A stretch of DNA of 64,000 nucleotides from Macrostomum lignano (Eukaryota). Position 1 is the first letter of the stretch, and each line of letters begins with the position of its first letter. The DNA lies in the NCBI GenBank assembly GCA_002269645.1, contig NIVC01003727.1, forward strand, positions 1-64,000. Reading direction: 5' to 3'. The position numbers were made by a program, and so were the translations under genes. Below the pieces are notes generated by a model. That model did not search any database and was not told the DNA's origin. It saw only the letters and a program-made list of their open reading frames with translations. This document shows positions 26,660-38,816 of this stretch, one piece after another.

Positions 26660-27649
26660 GCGAAGGAAAAACTGTTTCTAAGAACTGACTTGACCGCTCT
26701 GTTTTTCTCCATCTTCTATCGCTACTAACGAGTAGTGCGCAAAGATTCCGATTGAGGATCTTTGAAGATGCAACAATTTGGCGTATTAGTTCTACTTATT
26801 ATTGTCATTATTAATATTGTAGAATTGAGGCAAGTAGACTAACGGAGCTACTTATTATATAAATAGGATTGCCTAGAGATAATGTCCCCCGCTACAGCCT
26901 GCAACTATTTATTGTAGAGTCTAATTTAATATTAGCAAACATGAGAGTGGCTTGCCCCCGTGTCCGCGCCTGACCTTTTAGTGTAATTTCTGCTTTGTCC
27001 TCATCAACAACCCTGGCTATTTTTGACCCACCCATTTTCGAACTGAATTTTGGAAGAAGGAGAAAATTTTATTTGGAATTCGGTTTTTTTTGCGGTGTTT
27101 TCTCTGTCTGTCTGTCTGTGCTTTTTTGGTTTTCGGATTTCTTTTTTTGCAGTTTTGCCTTCTCCTGGAAGACGCTTATCATTGGTTTCGAGGCTGAGAA
27201 TCAAGTAAGTAGTATTTTTCACCTTTTTGCAAACACACACTACTAATAGTAGCCAGGCCGGACACCGGGGGCCGGACAGCTCTGGAATTTACATTTTTGC
27301 TTGTGTGAAATAGAATTTAACACCTGCCTGCCTGTCTGCCCACAATTGACCCAGCCCCACCTCTGCTCGGACTGGCAAAACCACCGTTTTAGTTTCATCT
27401 CCGCTCTGCGCTCTTATTTTTTAGTTGTAAAATGAGAAATCCAAAAAAACAACACACAACAGAAAACTATTTGAATATATTTATTTGCGTTTAAAAACCG
27501 TTTCAAAAAAGAAAAATGTTTAACATTGAGCAGCAATCACTCTAGAGTACAATTGCAACGAGTGCTGGACTCAAACGTGGACTTTTCTGCTTTTGTTGAT
27601 TACGCTGGTCTTTTGGAAGGCCACACAATATTTGTGTGCTGTGCTCATG

Positions 27650-28160
27650 TTCACATCTAGTCACTCTGTTCACATCTAGTCACTCTGTTCACATCTAGTC
27701 ACTCTGTTCACATCTAGTCACTCTGTTCACACCTAGTCACTCTGTTCACATCTAGTCACTCTGTTCACATCTAGTCGTTCTGTTCAAATCTAGTCACTCT
27801 GTTCACATCTAGTCAATACGTTCACATCTAGTCATTCTGTTCACATCTAGTCACTCTGTTCACATCTAGTCAATACGTTCATATCTAGTCACTCTGTTCA
27901 CATCTAGTCACTCTGTTCACATCTAGTCACTCTGTTCACATCTAGTCACTCTGTTCACATCTAGTCACTCTGTTCACACCTAGTCACTCTGTTCACATCT
28001 AGTCACTCTGTTCACATCTAGTCGCTCTGTTCAAATCTAGTCACTCTGTTCACATCTAGTCAATACGTTCACATCTAGTCATTCTGTTCACACATCTAGT
28101 CACTCTGTTCACACCTAGTCACTCTGTTCACATCTAGTCGCTCTGTTCACATCTAGTCAC
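27650..28160. repeat. 19-bp minisatellite (CTCTGTTCACATCTAGTCA)
   Basis: About 26 tandem copies, intergenic. Confidence 0.95.
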
Positions 28161-29299
28161 TGCTCTTATTTAGAGCGGTAACTAGTTAATTCCTAAATAA
28201 TATAGTAATTTGTAGGAACTAAAAAATAATTAAATGGAAATCAAAAAAAGATGTTTGACCCTTTTTAGAGACGCAAGTTTTGAATGCTTAACACCTGGTT
28301 GCAGCCCAGGTGTGTCATCACAGTGAGGCCCAGCAGTGGCCCGGTGCAGGATCGAGTCCGCCACTCGCCGTCCGTGTCATCCAGCTTGATGGCGTGCATC
28401 AGAGCAGCCTCTACCTCTATGCTCAGCTAAAGAATCCCCTTTCTTCAATGGAGTTCATCCAGGAATAAAATAATTTTCTTCATCAAACATTTCTGGGTTT
28501 CAAAACACGTTAGAATTTTTTTCTCTCCACTTTCCTGCCGCATAGATACTGAACTCGTGCTCATGTTACAAGGAAACTCTGGCGCCCCTTAGTCCTATGT
28601 TTTTGTTTGACACATTTAACATGTTTTGACATTTGACGGTTTAAGAAAAAAATTACCAAACCAAAGTTCTGATCAGATACAGAAGCTGAAGTTCATCGAG
28701 TGGTTCTTAAATTAACACTTTAGCTGATTCGCGAGCCTTTGGATGGGTTTCTGCCTTTGAGTATCCTCTTCTCTACAACCCTTAACCCAGTTTGAGAGAA
28801 TCCCCATTCCCCTCAGTCCCCCTTCAGAACCCGTTTCCACAGAGGGCGGTGCCCTATTGTAGAAACATTACAGAGATAAAAACACGTCTACTGCTAACCT
28901 TCTAGCGATAGAGATATAGATATAGCCATTTCGTGACTGCTACATCAAGTGGTAAAGTTTATCTAGTTTTAACTTGGATTAACGATTCAATGTAGAGAAC
29001 AAGTAGACAAATAGTTGACAGTGAGTACATATGAGTATACTAAACACTATAGAACTAATATTCTAGGACTTAAAAAAACAGCAATTCAGTTTTCAGAAGG
29101 TTTTTATGAATTTTATTAGTTATAATAATCAGTAAATAAGTTTAATCCTTGTGTTATGTGTATGATAAACGCTTTATAATATGTATTCTGTGGCCAGAAA
29201 GTCAGAGGCTGCATATACTGGTCTCGAGGCGAGCGAAGCGCAGACATCTTCCTCTTCGAGTAAAATTGCCGACAACCTAGGCTTATCGGCGAGATTCTT

Positions 29300-30328
29300 A
29301 GTGCAGAAGATTTACAACGTCATCTAGACGATGGGATCCCTAGAGCTACAATCGCGAAGCGAGACTGGGCCGTCAAAATTTTTGAAGCCTGGAAGGCTTC
29401 TTGCCTGCAAGCCCAACTGGAAGGCAGGACACCTGGACTAATGGTCATAAAATCAATGGAAGAGATGTCAGCTGGAGATCTTAACGAGTTGCTGCAGTAC
29501 TTTGTGTTTGAAGTCCGGAAGGTTGACGGTCAGAATTCTGCAACGAGGGAGACTGCCCGCGAAGGCAACCTTAATCTAACACAGTCGACTATTGCACTTG
29601 ACCCTGCCGAGGAGATGTCATTAGGGGAGCAGGGCATTCTTGGAGATTCCAATCCTAGTTTAAGGAGACAACGGTCTCCAAGACTCGCCAATGTGGCTTA
29701 AAGACGTACAACAGACCCTTAAAGACCGGGCGCATCTTTTATACGGTCGACCATCGGTACTGCACTGTGTTTGTACAAGAAGTATGTCGAAATGAAACCA
29801 CAGATCTGTAATAAGCTTAATCTGTTTCTCAACTGGTATCGTAGTGAGGACGCCGTGAAGAGAGGTAGATGGTATCAAAATCAGGCCCTCGGTCGACATA
29901 CCATTGACTCTGTTGTTAGGACAGTAACTGCTGGATTACCGACACCCGTTTGTGGCCGCTACACGAATCAAACACTAAGAAATACTTGCGCTACATCTCT
30001 GCGAGACGCCGGCCTCGAGCGAGCCGAAATAAGTAGAATTACCGGGCACACTTCTGCAGCTCTCGAGCGCTACATTGGCTCGTCCAGTGACACGATCCGA
30101 TCGGCCTCTAACGCTTTGCAATGCGGCAACATCAAGACTAGTGAATCATTGCTTGTCTGCCAGTCTCAACAGGCTAACGTCGCCATGGTACCTGCTGGAC
30201 TGACAAGTGAAGCTGCTGCTAATGCTAATCGGAAAAGTGCTGAAGTACCTATAGAACAAGTAAAACATCAACGTGGAATTGAGAAGGTGGAGATCGATGG
30301 TGAGAAGGTTCTAATTTTTTTCAAATGA
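29300..30328 (+). pseudogene. Crypton-like / DUF3504-type tyrosine recombinase, disrupted
   Basis: N-terminal GIPRATIAKRDWAVKIFEAW...DLNELLQYFVFEVRKVDG and C-terminal YTNQTLRNTCATSL...ITGHTSAALERY tyrosine-recombinase motifs. Frame is broken and the middle is apparently shortened around 29520-29770. Confidence 0.7.
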
Positions 30329-31032
30329 ACTGCTAAATAAGCAGCAAACTAGCTGTTCAGCTATGAATAGCTTAATAAACAATTTATATCGTGTTTGCTC
30401 CTTATTCTGGTTACTGTTTTTATTATTTGCTTGGGAAATATACGTTTCTTTGGGCCTGCGAATCAGTACCATTATATAGATAATGGGCTCGAAAACCGAG
30501 ACCATTACTTAACTAGTCAGTTTGTACGTAAACAGGAATAGCCATAGACGGCCTATTCCCTAAAAATAAGCGGATCAATAAACGAGCTTTTTTGGCGTAT
30601 ACGGAGTTTACACAAAAGATATAAGGGCCGCTGTTAAGGTGTACGCAATTGCTTCTCTATAAATATTCGCCATAGTAGCTTAAAAATCACTGCACGGGGT
30701 GGGGGGGGGGGAAACGGCCACAGACTAAGTAGACAAATTACATTACAGAGATAACAAAAAACTGGTTTTTGGATACCCCTTATTGTTATTGGTGACATCC
30801 GCCGGAATATTTCGTCTCGATTGGTGAAAGTCTCGTTTCTTAATTTATCCAAACCGTCTCGATCTGATATACAGAGATATAAAAATACGAGAAAAAAGAT
30901 AAAATAAATATTTAGTTCAAGCTAGAAAACAGCAAAATCGTCCAAGAAGCCTGACACCATTCTGGTACACGCTTTCGATTCATTTGGATAGTACTCCATC
31001 CAATATACTCAACCCACATGTGGAGTATGCCA

Positions 31033-33628
31033 TCAGTTTTGACCGAAGATGTTTTCAAAATTAACAGCCAATGGATCCTCTGCAACTTGCTCGTCATCGG
31101 CTTCAGCGGCCTCCATTTTCAGATGCCCTTTGAAGTCGTGAATGCAAATGGCTGAGTGGAACGCGTAGAACACCTGCAGCGGCGTCAGCAGTAGCGAGAG
31201 GGCGTCCTTCTGATCCTCAGGAAAGAAGAACGGGAAGCACAGGGCGCTCAGAATCCATTCAGCTCCGTTGATCACCATCAGAAGGTTGAGCAGGGCGCAG
31301 ATTTTGGGACTAATTGGTTGGTCCTGATGTGGTTGGTCCTGACGTTGTGGTTGGTCCTGACGTTGTGGTTGGTCCTGACGTGGTTGGTCCTGACGTTGTG
31401 GTTGGTCCTGACGTTGTGGTTGGTCCTGACGTGGTTGGTCCTGACGTTGTGGTTGGTCCTGACGTTGTGGTTGGTCCTGACGTGGTTGGTCCTGACGTGG
31501 TTGGTCCTGACGTGGTTGTGATTGTAACCGTAGGAGACTTTTGCACCATTCGGTCAGCTTGCTGTGGTTTGAGAACCTGCTGATCAGGATCCACTCCAGC
31601 AGAGCGGTCTGAGCGGCGCTCTGAACTAAGTTGGATATCGCGTTGCCAATCTGCAGTTCCAGTCTGATTTTATTGGCCTCGGTCAGATTTCGCGAGACCA
31701 TCGGGTACTCCGGCACGCTGTGGTCGGTCGTATTCTCAACTCTATTGCCCTCCAAAATTAACACGTTTGTGTTGCCCCACAGCCTGTACACGCTGTTCAG
31801 CAGGATGGCGGCTGTGCCCAGCCACAGCAGCAACCGGTCAGGAAAGTGCGTGGCGCTGATCTTTTGCTTGTTGTCGCCTCTGATGTAGCAACACATGATG
31901 AGGAGAGTCGCCATCCCAAAGCAATGCAACAACAGCAGCGTCAAGTTGAAGACAATGCCTCTGACGCTGTTGTTCGGATCGTCAAAGCGCACGAACGCCA
32001 CACAGGCCACTGAGAGGATAAGCAGCAGCAGCTCGGCGACAAATATTAACGAATGCTGACGAATGACCTCGAAGTTGGGCAAGAATTGTCGGTGTGTGGT
32101 CATGCTTTCTGCAGGCTGCAGCAGTTCTTTGATTTTCCTTTCAACAGCGTCTGAATCGGGAAAATGCTGCCTCTGCAGGTGATTCGCCACCCTGCCCAGG
32201 TTGGACATCAGCGTGAAGGCCATCAGAGAGCCCATGACGCAGTACTCAATTTGAAACGGGTACAGCAGCTCGTTGAAATGACCCAACGAGTTCTCGTCGC
32301 AATTGGAGCCTTTCGGAATCACCTTCTCTGCGCCGTTGATGCCCTGAACCTCCAGGCCGATGGTGGAGAACCACACGGCTATGTTGAATGACATGATGGC
32401 GGACAGGATGATCCAGGAGAGTCCCAGCCTCAGCTGAATGGACTGGAATGCGTACTTGGCTACCAGTCGGATCTGAACAATGGTACAGAGGAACAGCAGT
32501 ACCCGCCAGGCAATCATGGTTGCGGAGTGAGACTCCCACTCCTTGTGTTTCAAGATTTCATCGATCTCGCAGCCGACCTCGATCCCCATCGACAGGCAGT
32601 TCGGGATGGCGAAGAGCCAAAACGCCTTGACGAGGAGATCGGACGGCAGGCTGCAGAGCTCGGGCGTTCCCTTGACGCAAGATGGGAAATTTTTAATCAG
32701 CACGCTGCCAATTTTCACAGAATCAACTATTCTATGTCTTAGAGCTACACACTCCAGGGTTACCATGGCAACCAACGCCAGCGACGCAAGAAAACACCTG
32801 GAGGACAGGCACGCTAACCAAACCTCCTTGTGCCTGGTGCTGTTGACCTCTGGTGACCTGTGGCACTCGCCCTCGTTGCAGATTACATCCCTCTGGCTCT
32901 GCTCGTAGGCTCGAAGCTCCACAACGCAGGCAAACGACACCAGTGCAAAAATAAGTGCGATGCCCGCGATCTTCCACACCACGCTCATTTCTGCAGATGC
33001 GGCTGTCTGCGGGGAAAAACAGAGTTGAAAACTCAAATACGCTAGTAGTTGCCGCTGCTTACAACCCGGATTCAGGGTTGCATTCATTAGGGGGTGAACT
33101 CATTCAAGGGTGTACTCATTCAAGAGTGTACTTGCATTCGAGGGTGTACTCATTCAAGATTGTACTCATTCAAGGGTGTACTCATTCAAGGGTGTACTCA
33201 TTCAAGGGTGTACTCATTCAAGGGTGTACTCATTCAAGGGTGTACTTGCATTCGAGGGTGTACTCATTCAAGGGTGTACTCATTCAAGGGTGTACTCATT
33301 CAAGGGTGTACTTGCATTCGAGGGTGTACTCATTCAAGATTGTACTCATTCAAGGGTGTACTCATTCAAGGGTGTACTCATTCAAGGGTGTACTTATTCA
33401 GAGGTACACTTTATATACTGTATATCTTTTAAATACCTTCTGAGGGGATATTTAGTGTACCTTTCTCTCCGGCAGCAGCGGTTGTTGCTCGTTGTCTTGC
33501 TGCAGCACTGACCCCTGAGCGTCCTAATAAAATAAATGGTCATCAAACTTAGAATGTATAAAACAAAGTTCATGGAATCGTCATGCAAAATACTAATACA
33601 GGAAAGCAGCCTACTTTCTCACCTGCAT
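31033..33628 (-). CDS. Otopetrin-family proton channel, paralog A
   Basis: Large exon 33006-31033 with ~12 hydrophobic segments, LYPFQIEY (otopetrin YPFxIEY) and C-terminal PLQVFYAFHS. Predicted upstream phase-0 exons 33628-33623 (MQ, GTGAGA donor) and 33523-33461 (DAQGSVLQQDNEQQPLLPERK). Confidence 0.8.
31316..31520. repeat. 15/18-bp coding minisatellite encoding QDQPR/QDQPQR repeats in otopetrin A
   Basis: In-frame repeats within the minus-strand ORF. Confidence 0.9.
33097..33395. repeat. 16-bp minisatellite (TCATTCAAGGGTGTAC) in otopetrin A intron
   Basis: Tandem units with an occasional longer variant. Confidence 0.9.
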
Positions 33629-33981
33629 GGCAACGCAACGCACTGACGCGATTTGTCTTTAAAAAATTTTACTACTCGTACCAGCTACAGCAGCTCTGGT
33701 TAGTCATCTCTTTTTTGTCCTTGCAAGCAGGCAGATTCTGTGGGCCGAAATGCGGTACCAAAGTTCTTTTCTATGCGCACAGCAATGGCTCGAATTCGTC
33801 ACAGTGCTGAGCGTAGACCGCTGTGCAATGCACTGTAGTTGTGTGCGCCTCGATTGTCCGCAGTCTGGGCTATTCTTTCTCTTCTGTACTCCGAATGTCT
33901 GCCAACTTGCGTACGCATTTTACGCACTTCAGAGCCAGTGAATTTTTTGTTTTATTTTTCACGATTCGGAGTGCAGACCGC

Positions 33982-34084
33982 AGTAGTATACGTTTTTTTG
34001 ACACAAAGCCGATTTCCTTATGGCGAAATACATAGTAAGTACAGGCCCAAAAAATGGCAGAGTCTGAAATTTGCCGTGCACGCA
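33982..34084 (+). repeat. Left terminal inverted repeat of the Maverick
   Basis: Inverted match to 49213-49315. Confidence 0.95.
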
Positions 34085-34318
34085 AACTAGCTTTTACGCA
34101 ATGAATTAACCAATTAGCTGAATCACTTTTACGCAAACACCTGTCTATCCACCTAAATTCTATCCGCAATGAATGCTGCTAATTACAAGCCCAAACAAAA
34201 TTCAATTTGACACAAAGCTTATTTCGCGTATAACTTAACGCATTTAAATTCTTCTTTTCAAGCAGTATTGTATATTTCAACTAGATACAAACACAATTTG
34301 ACGCACAAATTAGCGAGT

Positions 34319-34881
34319 TTACAAATATTGAGGCAGCACTCGTAAAACAAAATTGCGTAATTTAGCATACAAGTATCGAAACGAACCAGTGCGAATTATA
34401 TTCCGTTTAAAAACGCTTCGAATAAAACACTCTAGGTTTCCTCTGATAGTCAACTTATGAAAAATATAAAAAATTACCCAAAATCCACAACTTCCACTCT
34501 GTGGGTCTTGGATAGCAAAGCGACTATAACACCAATTTTTCGAATTTCCACATTCTTTTCCTAGCCATTTTGCTATTCTTGGCAATGGTACTAGACCAAG
34601 AGAATCAAAATATTCACCAAGTCGTTTGCTACCGCGACCTGCTCGATGACCATAAACCCAAACGCATACCCAATGTTTTCCGGGCAGGTTGGAGACGTCA
34701 GTATTAACGATAAAAAAAAGTCTTTACCGTCTAAAGGTAAGCGTGCAAGTCCACCAACAAAGTTTTGAGGAAAAACACCAAGAAATACAACATTTAAAAA
34801 ATGTGCGCACAATTTCGATACAACATTGCGAAGGAAGCGATCTGTTACACCACGATCTAGGATAGAATCAATTACTTCCAT
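34319..34881 (-). CDS. Adenain-like cysteine protease (Maverick maturation protease), split by one homopolymer frameshift
   Basis: Changing frame at A8 (34712-34719) gives FLGVFP...IVNTDVSNLPGKHWVC...EYFDSLG...IQDPQSGSCGFW, i.e. an intact His/Asp/Cys triad plus Gln. Joins ORF-track entries 34591-34881 and 34319-34585. Confidence 0.88.
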
Positions 34882-36194
34882 ACTGTGCCAGGAACAATGT
34901 CGCGAAGTTCAGTCAGTTGCAGTTGCTTGTCAAATATACCTCCAAATATGACGTTGTACACGGTACTAGTTGCAGCATTGAAGCGTAACTCTAGTTTTAC
35001 ATTTCCTTCCTTATACAGTTGCACTCCCCGTCCGACACCAGGTTCACTTCCAAGACTGAATGCAAAAATTGAGTAACCATTGGCGTAATCCAGCATATTA
35101 AATCCAATATCTCGTCCCTGTAGATAGATTCCAAGCTGTTGTAGCAAAAAATTATACTCTGTCACACAATCATCTCCAAAGTTTGTCTGCAGCGGACGCG
35201 ATGGTACCGAGTCTCCATTCACAAACACACCAATGCTGCTCACATTTGCATGCTCAAAGTTGAACGGATTTGTGTCCATGCTTCCATTGAATGCCTTGTT
35301 GCTTACGATTGCCATCAATAAAAGCCGTGGTACCCCACTAGGAAACAAATTTTCATGCGTATGGCTAGACGATCCTCGGGGTATAGTAAACGTACCAAGG
35401 CTTAGACTTCGGTGCGGATATAATGCATTGTGACTTTTAAGTCCATGAGCATGTGCACTGATAACACTCGGCGAGGGTTGAACAAACCGCAATCGTAGTT
35501 CTGCACGCAAAAACTTGATCTCATAGTCTTTTAAAACCGCACCAGCTTCTAATGTTGACCCGCTCAGGACAAATTTACTTTTTGCCGGTATGAGCTTGAT
35601 CCATAGTGGTGTCTTTGATAGTAGATACCGAGGCTGACGAAACAAATCCAAGAATAACGGCCCCGATACAGTGCACCGCCTATTGTTAGCAATGAGCGCC
35701 TGCCTCTTTGTTCGTCCATCGTTTTCACTTGTTGCATTCATTTTACCAGCTGTATCCTTGTAAAACCCCCACGGCAGTAAACCAGCCTTCTGAGCTGTAT
35801 GTCCATATTCCAGTAATGTGAGAAGCATAGCCTTGTATGGATACATAAAACTACCACCTTCAACTACAGTATCGCCAATAGTAAATTGAACGTCTTCAAA
35901 CAATGTTCCAATAACCAAATTATTCAAACAAACAAAATTTTTCGTTGCATCTATAGGTTCACCTTCACTATCACTAACGCTGAAGCATACCGTGAGCACA
36001 GTTTCTTGTAGATCCAAATACAAATCGCCTGCAGGCACAACTTCAAATTCGATAGGTGATCCTTTTGTAATACCATGTTGCGGTTGAATGTTAGTATATC
36101 GATTATCCAAAACACTAAACTGAACAGGACTTTGATCAAATAGCGACAATTCACTTTTAAGAGCAGCAATATCAGGTCCAAGCAAATGGTTCAT
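34872..36194 (-). CDS. Major capsid protein (double jelly-roll, Maverick/adintovirus type), ~440 aa
   Basis: N-terminal KSELSLF, PQHGITKGSPIEFEV, LYLDLQET, GPLFLDLFRQPRYL, NPFNFEH; typical position next to the protease. ATG at 36194. Confidence 0.88.
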   Translation of the reverse strand: MNHLLGPDIAALKSELSLFDQSPVQFSVLDNRYTNIQPQHGITKGSPIEFEVVPAGDLYLDLQETVLTVCFSVSDSEGEPIDATKNFVCLNNLVIGTLFEDVQFTIGDTVVEGGSFMYPYKAMLLTLLEYGHTAQKAGLLPWGFYKDTAGKMNATSENDGRTKRQALIANNRRCTVSGPLFLDLFRQPRYLLSKTPLWIKLIPAKSKFVLSGSTLEAGAVLKDYEIKFLRAELRLRFVQPSPSVISAHAHGLKSHNALYPHRSLSLGTFTIPRGSSSHTHENLFPSGVPRLLLMAIVSNKAFNGSMDTNPFNFEHANVSSIGVFVNGDSVPSRPLQTNFGDDCVTEYNFLLQQLGIYLQGRDIGFNMLDYANGYSIFAFSLGSEPGVGRGVQLYKEGNVKLELRFNAATSTVYNVIFGGIFDKQLQLTELRDIVPGTVWK

Positions 36195-36195
36195 G

Positions 36196-36654
36196 CTACT
36201 TTTCAAACAGACTAAAAAGTTTCTTGCTTGCAGTAGCAGTTCGACGTTTTCCTATACCACCGGTAATCTTGCGTTTTCTTTTGTTCACGCGTCCCTTTCC
36301 ACACTGTCTTGTTCGTCGTTTCTTTTGCCGTTTCTTCTTTCCTAAGCTTATAGCCACTCCACTGGTTCTTTTCCTTCGCTTTGGTCTCGAGACTGCAGGT
36401 GTATTAAACATCTCTTCGCTCGATTCTGTGTCCAAGTGACGCTTCCGACCCATACCAATTTTTGCTGTCGCACTTTTCAAATACTCCAGACCACGATCCA
36501 AGAAATCTTTCTTTGCGTTGCGTAGTACAGGATACACCAATCTGTCCGCCAAATTTGACAAAAAACCGTAACCTTCGTAAACAGGAATGCCATATCCACC
36601 TCCACCTTCAGCAGATCTATTCGGACCAGAATAAAAAGCAAAAATAGGATCCAT
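36196..36654 (-). CDS. Conserved Maverick basic core-like protein (G-rich N-terminus with GYGF, K/R-rich C-terminus)
   Basis: GGGGYGIPVYEGYGFLSNLADRLVYPVLR resembles the ORF usually found just upstream of the MCP; very basic tail. Confidence 0.6.
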   Translation of the reverse strand: MDPIFAFYSGPNRSAEGGGGYGIPVYEGYGFLSNLADRLVYPVLRNAKKDFLDRGLEYLKSATAKIGMGRKRHLDTESSEEMFNTPAVSRPKRRKRTSGVAISLGKKKRQKKRRTRQCGKGRVNKRKRKITGGIGKRRTATASKKLFSLFEK

Positions 36655-36695
36655 TTCAACAGTCTTCTCTTCGTCATGCAATCCCAATTCATGTG

Positions 36696-37820
36696 TTACT
36701 TATACACTTTAGAAAATAGTTTAGCAGTCTTTGCGTCAAGATCATTTTCGTTTAACCACTGACTTCTTGAGATTGGCATACCTTTCCATTTTACTAGATA
36801 CAGACGACTTCCATTTTTCGCTCGATCAGTTTCAATAACTTTTTCAATTTCATTAGGTGTTTCATCTGTCTCGTTTACCAACATTAGTTCCGCTTGGTTA
36901 AACCTTCCTTTCAGCACTTCAAATCCATCTTCAGGGTCCACTAATTCGTACATTGGCGGGTCTGTCAAGTGTACACGCTGAATGCGATATTTTGAATTAC
37001 TCCAAGTCGTAGTGTATCCTTTTTCAAATGTTCCTCGACGTCGTGTAATTCTAACCCAATCACCAACTTTAAATTTATTCTCATTATTTTTAGTGTACGA
37101 CTTCGCAAACATTTTGTCCCACAAAATTCCTTGTAAATGCGGGTCTGTCTCTACACGTTTTGGTGTTTCTCCACTCAAGGATCGATGAGGACTAGAGTTG
37201 AAATTATCTTCCAATTGTGGCAAAATGTCAAACCATCGAGGTAAATTTTTTGCTCGAAAGTATCGTAATAGACGTTCCTTTAACGAGCGGATAAATCGTT
37301 CAGCCATGCTTGCCTTGTAATTGCTTTGGCTAACAAAAAATCGAACTCCTTCCTGTTTCAGCATTTGACGTGTAGCTCTTCCGAGAAACTCCATACCAGC
37401 ATCACCTTGTAAATAAACAGGCTTAAAACCACTTCGAAAAATCTCTAGTAATACTTGACTAACTTCTGAAGGCTTCTTTGTACGCAATGGTCTTAGTCGT
37501 ACAACTCTAGTAAAACAGTCGATAAGAACAAGTATGTAACGATAACCTCGATTTTCCGTCTTGTATTGAGGTAAATCTGCCAAATCGATTTGAAACTGAA
37601 ACTTTGCAACTGGTGGCACACTAATTTTTGGAGTTGGAAAGTTTCGTCGTGTTTTCGAAATAAATGATGCTCATTTGTTGATCGCACCCAATTATCAACT
37701 TCGCGCTTTGCAACTTTGTTCGTAATCTGTGGAAACTTTTTACGTACTTAACGAACAAGTATAGTCTGTTACACTAAATGAAGTAGGCTTGTTCAAGTTA
37801 AAAAAAGATCCGTCAAAAAT
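36696..37820 (-). CDS. Retroviral-like (RVE) integrase with C-terminal chromodomain; N-terminus frameshifted
   Basis: DDE motifs FQIDLADL, LQGDAGMEF, SMAERFIRSLK; chromodomain YLVKWKGMP...SQW. The N-terminal segment (FFNLNKPTSFS...EVDNWVR...TRRNFPTPKI) is recoverable across several 1-nt indels at 37620-37820. Confidence 0.9.
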
Positions 37821-38189
37821 TCTTCAATTTCCTTACGCACTCGCTTCATCATCAGTTAGATTGATGCTAGTCGTTTGACAGTTGCAACAAAAGAACGAAG
37901 CCTCGATCGAATCTCCGTCAGTATCCTCGTTGTGCTCCTTTCCAGAAACGGCACACATTCAGATTTTATGCAAAAAAACTCACAGAGACGAATCAAAAGT
38001 TTTTGGAAGATAGATGACATGGTTTGTCTTATTAAACTATATATTTTTAATAAACAAAAAGTAACCTTTTTAAAAAGCTTATAGTGCTCGAATCAATTTT
38101 GTTAAAACATTTAAAACAACTTAATTCAGTGTTTGATAATTTTCAAACAGACTAAGATCCTCCTTTGCAACAGTTTTTGGAGCAGACAT

Positions 38190-38806
38190 TAGCTCGTTCG
38201 TACATGACGCCCGATTTGGTTTGCTGCGATTCCACGTTTTCGAAGAAGTCTAAAATGTTTTTAGTCCACTAGGCGGTTGAGTCTCGTGTCGCTTAAGCGG
38301 TCTGTCTCGAACAACATATTCCATGAGATCTTGTATCTCGGCATCAGTCAAATTAGCCAGCATTGGTTCTGCATTCTTGTCCATGTCCGAAAATAGGTTT
38401 TGAGCGAGAGCTTCGAAACGTGGTAAAAAACTTTAGGAATTTCCCTTGATTCGCTGGCATATGAACTTCTTACAGTAGTCCCTTTGCGAACAAGTGACAG
38501 ATTGTCCTCGTCTCCAGTGCGATAGACTTTGCGCAATTTTAAAAGTTTGTCTTCCAATCTGCTTCGTTTCAATTGAGCTGTGTAATTTGGCTCCTTTTCC
38601 ATTTCCTTGTCCAAGTTATCCATTTGGTCTCTCATTTCCACCATATTTTTTGCCAGAGCATCTTGCGGTGCGTCTAAAACTTCAGTTTTTCGAGGTGTCT
38701 CAGCAGTTGGTGACGATCCTTGCTCTGCACCTTGACATGCAGATTGATACACAGATTCAGGTACTAGATACATTCGTTGAAAACTACTACTCTCGTTAGT
38801 TCGCAT
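38190..38806 (-). CDS. Maverick hypothetical protein, frameshifted
   Basis: ORF 38806-38348 begins MYLVP-like. A shifted frame continues ...IQDLMEYVV...PSGLKTF..LLRKRGI, similar to the conserved ORF seen between core and integrase genes in Mavericks. Confidence 0.45.
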
Positions 38807-38816
38807 TATATTCCTA

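Noticed and set aside
28300-28400. Possible tRNA-derived SINE (GGATCGAGTCC, B-box-like)
   Set aside because: No convincing A box, cloverleaf or second copy in the window.
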